Source of the DNA: Octopus vulgaris
Taxonomy: Eukaryota
DNA length: 64,000 bases
Reading direction: 5' to 3'
Assembly: GCA_951406725.2 (NCBI GenBank)
Contig: OX597814.1
Location: 49,724,001-49,788,000 of the forward strand
The notes beneath the pieces are model-generated. The model ran no database searches, had not been told where the DNA came from, and saw only the letters and a list, made by a program, of their open reading frames with translations. A program made the translations under genes and the position numbers. Positions 55,195 to 64,000 of the stretch are shown here, in pieces. How positions within the stretch are numbered: position 1 is the first letter of the stretch; every line of letters starts with the position of its first letter.

Positions 55195-55869
55195 ATGTTG
55201 ACATTCAATACATACATTTTTATACATGCATATGCACGTACGCCCTCTGATATGAGTATACACGCACTAACTCGAAGACATTTGGAAATCGATCATATTT
55301 TTGACCAAACTTAAAACATAAACAAGTCAATAAATATTCATATAACATGACATGTCAATTTGAGTATATGATATATAGTGGGAAAAATGGTGTGAAAATT
55401 GCAATTAACGAGAATAAAAAGATATCTAAATATGAAGAAAAATCTAGAAGTATTCAAGATCTGGAGGAAATGTTACAATACTCTTGATATAAAAAGATAG
55501 CCAAAAGAATAGAATATATCACTTGGAGTGGCGTAAACGAGAGCGAATGAAAAGATATTTGAGTGATATTTAACGGAAGCTGAAAATTTACAAGTCGTTA
55601 CTCGGTTGGCCTTTCCCTCGCTTGTTAAACCACAAAATCCATGCAGATACGCACACACATGCACACATACACACATGCGCGCAGAGACTTTGGTCTGTTA
55701 TAATGCAGAAGCTTAATCCAGTTTTCTTTCCGTATAAGTAATTGAAATTAGAACACTGTCTCTCCTCAGAGCTATGACAACCGTTAGGGAATTATTATCT
55801 GCAGTTTTTCCCTTCGCAGAGTAGGACTGCCAAAATTGGGATGTACCTTATTTGTCCGAAAATACGGTC

Positions 55870-55941
<72 letters not shown>

Positions 55942-56599
55942 ATTAATTTAAATTAGGTCTGATTAATTAGAATTAACATGGTGTTTAGCAAGAACAACTA
56001 AGGATATATCTGCGCGTATGGTAACCTGCTGAAAATAGTGGCGCGGCCACACATTACCACTATCTCTTTCAAAATGAAAGAATACACTAGAGAAATGTAA
56101 TTCCCGGTATACACAGTAACAGATGGAAGGCTTTCATAGATCTCTGTGACCTAAAATTGAAGGGCTATTTTTCCGCCTAATCATACATTTTATTATCTCA
56201 AAAAAAAAGAAAGAAAAAAAAACGAAACCGATAATATACTAAAGCCTATACCAATGTCAAATACGCTATCTTTAAGATAGCGTGTGCGCACATATATATA
56301 TATAGATATACGTCATATTATCTAATAATTTATATTTACGCACGTTAACATAATATTACTTTAACACATAAACCATAAACACGTAAGCTGAGTGCCGTTA
56401 TAAAGAAGAATTAATAACAGAGTATATTTAAGCAAATTTGTAACGTAATCTATAAATAAAAAGATGCAAAATTATAGCATTAGCTTCATATATATGTACA
56501 TTAATTATAAAACATTCCTGTCTGTGTTTATATATACAGATACATATTACACACACATATACAGATATGTAATACTTTATGTACATAACACATTATATA

Positions 56600-56643
<44 letters not shown>

Positions 56644-56919
56644 CATATGTGTGTATATGTGCATACATATGCATAAGCAAATTTATACAAGGATAGTTAT
56701 GAAGGAATACATTTTAATAAATGCACACGTAAACTATGCTTCCATATATTTATATACTCCCGTAGCTATTTATTATCCATCCATCCATCCATCCATTCAT
56801 CCATCCATCCATCCATCCATTCATCCATCCATCCATCCGTCCGTCCGTCCGTCCGTCCGTCCGTCTGTCTGTCTGTCTTTCTGTCGGTCTGTCTTTCTGT
56901 CTGTCTGTCTATCTGTCTA

Positions 56920-57020
<101 letters not shown>

Positions 57021-57329
57021 ATTCACTGAAGACACAGTCACAAAGACGCACACACGCAAAATTACATATATAAGAACTTGCTTTCATTTTAATATGTAAC
57101 TTTGCAATATATTTTCGTCAGTTTGAAACAGAGAAGTAAGTGAATCCTCATCAGTTCAATTCATATCCGAAGCCACCAACACGCTTTGTACTTAGACTAC
57201 AAAATGTTTATTTTCACAGCAAGGACGAATCCATCCATCCATCCATCCGTTCAAATTATATCTTCGGTGAGTTATCTTGGGATTCCTTAACGACGATGTA
57301 GCCTTCATATAAATAAGGTATCTTCACTG

Positions 57330-57810
57330 AAGATACTGAAAAAGTCAATGAAAAAAATATTAACCAGCGCAAGACTATATCCACTAACAACAGAGCCAAA
57401 AATGAAAAAATGTGGTCGTCCTGTGGATCATGCCCCCACCTTTTGGAGGGTTCAGAATTCCACTTCAAACAAGGGAAATATTTAAGATCAAATCAAATTT
57501 CACCTGTGCCTCGGAAAATCTAATCTATGCCATGACATGCTGAGGATGTGGTAACCACTATATTGGACAAACAGGATTATCACTCCGTCGAAGAACGACC
57601 ATCCACAAAGAACAAATCCGCCGCCCACAATACAGACAGTTACAGGTTAGTGAACACATAGAAAGGTGTGCTAGGAATCTTAATCCTAATTTCCAAATTT
57701 TACCCTTCTATCAATGTTCACAGAACACCTCAATGCAGCAAAGATTGAATAAAGAGGCAATTTTCATCAATAAATATCTTTCCCAACTAAATATGAACAC
57801 GTAACATAAT
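57330..57810 (+). pseudogene. Penelope-like GIY-YIG remnant with a Cys-rich linker
   Basis: KCGRP..CGSCPHLLEG..FKIKSNFTCASENLIYAMTC*GCGNHYIGQTG..HKEQI across frameshifts. Confidence 0.75.
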
Positions 57811-57979
57811 ACAGAACACTACTAACCCTTCAATAAATATCACTAACCCCCAGACATCCCTTACACCATTCACATTACAATTCTATATCTAACCTAACTG
57901 CACAAAATCCAGAACTACTTACCTCCCTTACAAATAATCTTTTCACTCAGGAACTATTAGACCTGACACCAAACTTTCA

Positions 57980-58230
57980 TATCTTCTCCAAGATGAAAAC
58001 GCATCTCAAAGCTCCACTATTGTCGAGATCCTGAGCGAATTGCAGAAGGTCCTCGATTCGCTAACGGAAAACAACTTCCAAGCCGAATTCCAAAAGTGGT
58101 ACCGACGCTGGGACTGGTGTATTGCTGCGCATGGTGACTATTTCGAAGGAGATGATGTTAAAACTTAAGTAAATAAGTTATTTTTTTATTAAACATAACT
58201 AGTCCAGGGACTTTTTGATACCAAATCGTA
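57980..58230 (+). mobile_element. Mariner transposase 3' end with right TIR remnant
   Basis: Translates ..FQKWYRRWDWCIAAHGDYFEGD*, typical of mariner C-termini. Ends GGACTTTTTGATACCAAATCG-TA. Confidence 0.75.
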
Positions 58231-58237
58231 TATACAA

Positions 58238-58647
58238 GGCGTAGGAGCGGCTTTGTGGTAAGTAGCTTGCTTACGAACCACATGGTTCCGGGTTCAGTCC
58301 CACTGCGTGGCACCTTGGGCAGGTGTCTTTTCTACTATAGCCTCGGGCCGACCAAAGCCTTGTGAGTGGATTTGGTAGACGGAAACTGAAAGAAGCCCGT
58401 CGTATATATGCATGTGTATATATATGTATGTGAGTGTGTATATGTTTGTGTGTCTGTGTTTGTCCCCCCAACATCGCTTCACAACCAATGCTGGTGTGTT
58501 TAAGTTCCTGTAACTTAGCGGTTTGGCCAAAGTGACTTATAGAATAAGTACTAGGCTTACAAAGAATAAGTCCTGGGGTCGATTTGCTCGACTAAAGACA
58601 ATGCTCCAATATGGCCACAGTCAAATGACTGAAATAAGTAAAAGAGT
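58238..58647 (+). mobile_element. SINE family A, full length
   Basis: Colinear with 27471-27879. Confidence 0.85.
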
Positions 58648-59697
58648 AGCCTCGGGTCACCCCATACTTTGTGACTGCCATTAGCTAGACAAAAAAAAAT
58701 GTATAGAAGACCGTCGACTGAATTAACCTGTGACTCAGAAAGTATAGCCTTGTCACACGTTATGTCACGCTGATTGTGCCTGAGAATTACGTTAAGCGTA
58801 CACATGTCTGTGGATTGCTCAGTCAATTACACGTGAATTCACGAGCAGTTTACTCTTTAGATAGAATAACTGAATCCTTATCGTCGAACAACAGAGATCC
58901 AACACACACAGACGCGCAAAAACATACGTGTCAATCATGTAAATGCATAAACTGTGATTTGGACCTCTGTGTGTGTGTGTATGTATGTGTGTATGTGTGT
59001 GTGTTTATAAACTAAGAATCACGCTGATATGTACACATACACACACGCATGCATACACATGCACAAATGCACACATTCACACACACACACACACACACAC
59101 CACATGCATGAATGGAATACTCATAGACACAAAGACACACACGCACAGAATATACACACATATATAAACATATATATTTATATATGTATATATGTACAAC
59201 TAAGAAACATACATGATATTACTACGTATATATTTCCACCCTTATGCGTGAATGTATATCACACAAACGCAAATACGCACGCTGTTAATCGCACACGTAC
59301 GCATATATGTAACGACAGAGCAGTACTAGTTGAAACGACATGAACACCGTAGAATAAAACAGAAACTAGAGGTTTATGAATATATAAACACGCAAATTTA
59401 ATAAACTATCTCTTTTCATCTATATTTATTTATAATTCATCTCTTGGGTAAAGACCAGCTGATAACGGAAAATCTCTTGGGTGATATAAAATATCGATTA
59501 GTAATCGAAATCAGGCTTCCTATAAAGCAATTAAATATCATTTCTATATTGAAAAAAGATGCCAACATTATTTAATACAAATCATGTTGCAAATCTTTTC
59601 ATCTGATACTCACACGCACAGAGACGCATACATACATACATGCATGCCTACATACATACATACAAACATGTACGCATACATGCACACACACACACAC

Positions 59698-59934
<237 letters not shown>

Positions 59935-61016
59935 CCTAGGTATACACACAGGCACACACGCACATATATATATATATATATGCATATTTAAGCATGTGTG
60001 TACGTGTGTGCGAGTGTCTGTAATGAGTGTTTCTATATTATTGCTGAGTACACATTTTAAAATCGCGTATTATGATAAACATATTTGATATTTCTCGTGT
60101 TAGTTAAATGTCTGATTAGGGTCTTTTTGTTTACTTATTGTAAACATTAAGCGCACAGATTAAAATATCAAATTTCCTCTGGATATAAAGTACCTCACTT
60201 ATCCTCAATCAAAGCAGTAGAAGCGCAATTACTTTCGGTAGGCTTCGAAACAACAAATCCTTCCAAATATTTGCAACAAACATTTTATATTAAACTGTAT
60301 ATTAGATTTACTGATTATCTCTTAAGATCAGAATATCTCTACCTAATGACAGATATATAATGTTTGCAGACAATAACCCGAACTATAGTTCAGTTCCAAT
60401 TGCTAAAAGATTTAAGCCGTCGTTGTTAGGTGGTTTAGCTCTTGCTCAGCCATGACCTAACACACATATAATCCTTTCTACTATAAGCGTACGGCCTGAA
60501 ATTACATCGACCCCAGTGCGTAACTGGTATTTATTTCATCGACTCCGAAAGGATGAAAGGCAAAGTCGACCCGTGCGCCTACCCTAATACATATATAATG
60601 AAAAGCATTCAATTATGACCATCCAGTCCTTGCTTTCCAGATCAATTATATCCATAAATAGTTTAGCAAATGACATCATATTTTTAATGGTGGTAGGGTG
60701 TGATTTGAGAAATATTTGTCCGCTGTCTCTAGTTTGTCTGATGAACACATACAAGCTTCCTTATTGATTCCAGAGAACTGATAGAAAGGTATCTTAAAGG
60801 AAAATGTTTGCCGATTATTCCAGAAGTTTAATGCAACTTGCATATTTATTAACGTTATAAGAATTAAGGAACTTTGAACGATATGAAATGAATCGTTTTA
60901 TCGGTGGAAGTCGAAGTAAATAAAGTTATAAATAATAGCGTGCAGAACATTGGATCAAAAAAGCCCTCGGATGGGAAAAGCCGAAGGCAGCCCGTGGAAC
61001 ACGAACTCACATCTTC

Positions 61017-61455
61017 GGTTGTGTGGTAAGAAGCTTGCTTCCTAACCACATAGTTCCGGGTTCAGTCCCACTACGTGACACTTTGGGCAAGTATCCTCTA
61101 CTTTAGCCTCGGGCCGACCAAAGCCTCGTAAGTGGATTTGGTTGGAGGAAACTGAAAGACTCCCATCGTATGTTCACACACACACACACGCACGCACACA
61201 CACACACACACTCTCATAAGCACATAAACGTGTGTGTGTATTTCTGTCTGTATTTGTCCCCCATCACCGTTTGACAACCGGTGTCGGTGTGTTTACGTCC
61301 CCGTAACCTAGTTGATCAGCCAAGAGATCGATAAAATAAGTACTAGGCTTAAAAAATGTACTGGGGTTGATTCATTAGACTAAAAAGGTTTCAAGGTGGT
61401 GCCCCAGTATGACCGCAGTCAAATGAACGAAACAAATAAAAGATAAAAGATAAAA
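61017..61455 (+). mobile_element. SINE family A, near full length
   Basis: Colinear with 27471-27879. Confidence 0.8.
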
Positions 61456-61894
61456 CATGTGAGATGTTCTATCATAGTACCAGAGCAATCCTTTGAATTT
61501 CTCCATCCATCTTAGAATATCATCATGTTTACGGAAGATGCGGATTCGAGTCCCAGTGGTAGCCTTCAAATTTTCAATCCAAGGGTTTTTTCAACCTAAT
61601 ATTCTACACATTGTTATTTATAGCTCGAGTTTCACCATTAAAAATGATGTTTCATATCTCGCGAAGCTTCTGAATACTTATGGCATAAACAACACACAAT
61701 TCTAGCTGGTAAGAATAACGCTTCTAAAATGGACGAGGAAATTCGCCGGATTAGTTTGGTATAACAGTAGAACATGTCATATTAACAGAAAAGTCCCACG
61801 GGCTCACTTAACCCCTTGGGGGTCGTTGGGATGCTGCAGCCATGCAGTGTATTTAGGGCGAGAAAGCCAGGCAGAGCCCATCCCTCTCCAGACC

Positions 61895-62170
61895 AAACTC
61901 ATTTCTACAGCTGAGTGGACTGAAGTGTTTTGCTCAAGAACACAACGGATCGCCCGGTCCAGGGATCAAAACCACAATCTTACGTTCGTGAATCCAACAC
62001 CCAAACCACCTCCACTAGGGGCACTCATTTCTACAGCTGAGTGGACTGGAGCCACGTGAAGCGAAGTGTTTTTGTTCAAGAACACAACGCATCACACAGT
62101 CCAGGAATCGAAACCACAATCTTACGATCGTGAGTCCAACACCCTAACCACTAAGCCACCGCGCCTCCAC
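61895..62170 (-). mobile_element. SINE family C head region, tandemly duplicated
   Basis: ACTCATTTCTACAGCTGAGTGGACTG...CAATCTTACG.TCGTGA.TCCAACACCC occurs twice. Minus-strand head GGAGGCGCGGTGGCTTAGTGGTTAGGG. Confidence 0.75.
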
Positions 62171-62344
62171 TCTAACATTCTCCACACTATTATTTGCAGC
62201 TTTATCTACTTCGAGTTCGACCCTTAAAAATGATTTGTTGCATCTTTATATGTCAAAGGCAGACAAATAATAGCGAATTTGCAACTATTTCTCAACATTA
62301 ACTAGATGGAAAATTTGACAACACAAAAACTTTAATTTCTTGTG

Positions 62345-62498
62345 TTGTCTCCGTCACTTAGCGGTTCGGCAAAAGAGACTGATAGAATAAGTACTGGGCT
62401 TACAAAGAATAAGTCCCGGGGTCGATTTGCTCGACTAAAGACGGTGCTCCAGCATGGCCGCAGTCAAATGACTGAAACAAGTAAAAGAGTTAAAGAGT
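62345..62498 (+). mobile_element. SINE family A 3' fragment
   Basis: CTTAGCGGTTCGGCAAAAGAGAC...CAGTCAAATGACTGAAACAAGTAAAAGAG. Confidence 0.8.
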
Positions 62499-64000
62499 AT
62501 AAGGTTATGGTTTCGCTTTTGGCAACTGCTAATTTGAGAAAGGGCCTACAATAATTGAGGCGCATCATATAAGCCGTCAATTAAGGCGTGTCATATAATC
62601 ATATCACAGCCCACAACAGCTGTACTGAACCACATACTACAAAACGGAAGTAGTCGAGCCATCGAGTGAAATTCTACATAGTTGCATGACCTGCGATAAA
62701 TAGTAGAATTTCTTTCAAATATCCCCATACTTTCTTAAAACGGGAATATTGAATAATGTGTTTCTAGATACGATACATCTGAAAAAAACGAAAATGAGCT
62801 AAAAAAGAAAACAAAAATAAATTAAAGACAAAATAGTCACGGCTGCAAAATATTTTCATCATCGTTCAGCTTCATCAGATAAATCGGGGCCGAACAACAG
62901 AAGCAAGCCGAAATAATCGAACACTAGTGCTAAAAAACGACGTCGATTACTTACTTTCTATCAAGTGACTATTAAATGATTCAATAAAATATATTTATAA
63001 CAATTTATATTATTCACAAATCATGGTCAATATACCACAGCATTTACGCCAGGAGTAATTGTTGTATCACCCGAATAGTTGTGATAACAAGGCAGTCTGC
63101 GAGTTAACAGTTATAACGAAAAAGCTCACAAGCAGAAAAGAAGAAAAGAAAGATAAAAAAAAGTTTCTACATTTTATCGGCGTTATCGTTCATACTAAAT
63201 ACAACTGGGATTTGATAGCAATTCCTTGTGGATAGAATATTCCGTAGCAGGGCTCGAGTTATGGGCTGTATAGAACTCCACTGAAATGTGTACCTAATAT
63301 TTCTACTCCATGTTATTGGTCTTAACAAATGCTCTGTTCAAGCAGGCTTTGCTTGCTCCTTTCTGCCTTCTTCATATATACAAGTATGCATATGTCTTTT
63401 AAGTGTACAATCAAACATAAATATATGCTCACATATAGACACACACATAAACACACCCATGCCATTGTGTAGAATTTTACAGCATTGTTAACTGGCTGAA
63501 AGAAAATTCGACGTCATTCAAACAAATGCAGCTCATATTGCATCAGCAAGAGATATAATTCGAAAGATTCATAGAACACGATGAACATTCCCAAAGGATG
63601 CATATAGAATTAAACATAAAACAGTCTAAGGATTCCCATCAGAAAATTATAGACATTACCCAGATATTGAATGAAGAAACATTGTTCCACGATACAAGAA
63701 ATCCACATGTTCTGAAACGGATAACGTCGTCAAAGTTATAATAATTCTATGTTATTCGTCGACCAAGGAATCACGTTAGTCTTGGGACAAGGAATAGTAC
63801 GAAGGCATTGTTTCAGGTAGAATGGCAAATACAGGACAATTCTTGACTTGTGTGATTACTAGACTCTGCGAATTTATATTATGAAAAACCCTCGGGATTT
63901 TAACCTTCAATGAAGCAATATGAACACTTTACTTAAACAAATATTTGGTAAACCATCTTCTCTATTTTACAAAGGAAATATTTCCAAACTGGCCGAACGT

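Overview
AT-rich, microsatellite-dense animal genomic DNA, most likely an octopod cephalopod. This is inferred from tRNA-derived SINEs that resemble the octopus OK/OR families as I recall them, and from the repeat landscape. I recognise no host protein-coding exon; the window looks intronic or intergenic and is dominated by transposable elements. The only long intact ORF (42274-45969, +, 1231 aa) is an R4/Dong-type non-LTR retrotransposon (RT, zinc knuckle, restriction-like endonuclease) sitting in a (TAA)n microsatellite. Other elements: a degraded CR1/L2-type LINE with a CCCH-finger ORF1; Tx1/L1-like fragments; a Tc1 element with both TIRs; mariner derivatives; two non-autonomous Helitrons and a Helitron helicase relic; many Penelope-like (GIY-YIG) remnants; and more than 10 SINE copies. 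The most interesting signals are: (1) a Penelope terminal module made of a tRNA-like Pol III promoter, a TAA tract and an intact minimal type I hammerhead ribozyme (40794-40839), with five further degenerate hammerheads elsewhere; (2) a SINE and the CR1-type LINE sharing a 3' tail whose hairpin covaries; (3) several TAA-targeting retroelements stacked in one microsatellite, giving an in-frame poly-Asn fusion ORF; (4) many fold-back inverted repeats at Penelope junctions. All alignments and folds were done by eye and boundaries are approximate.
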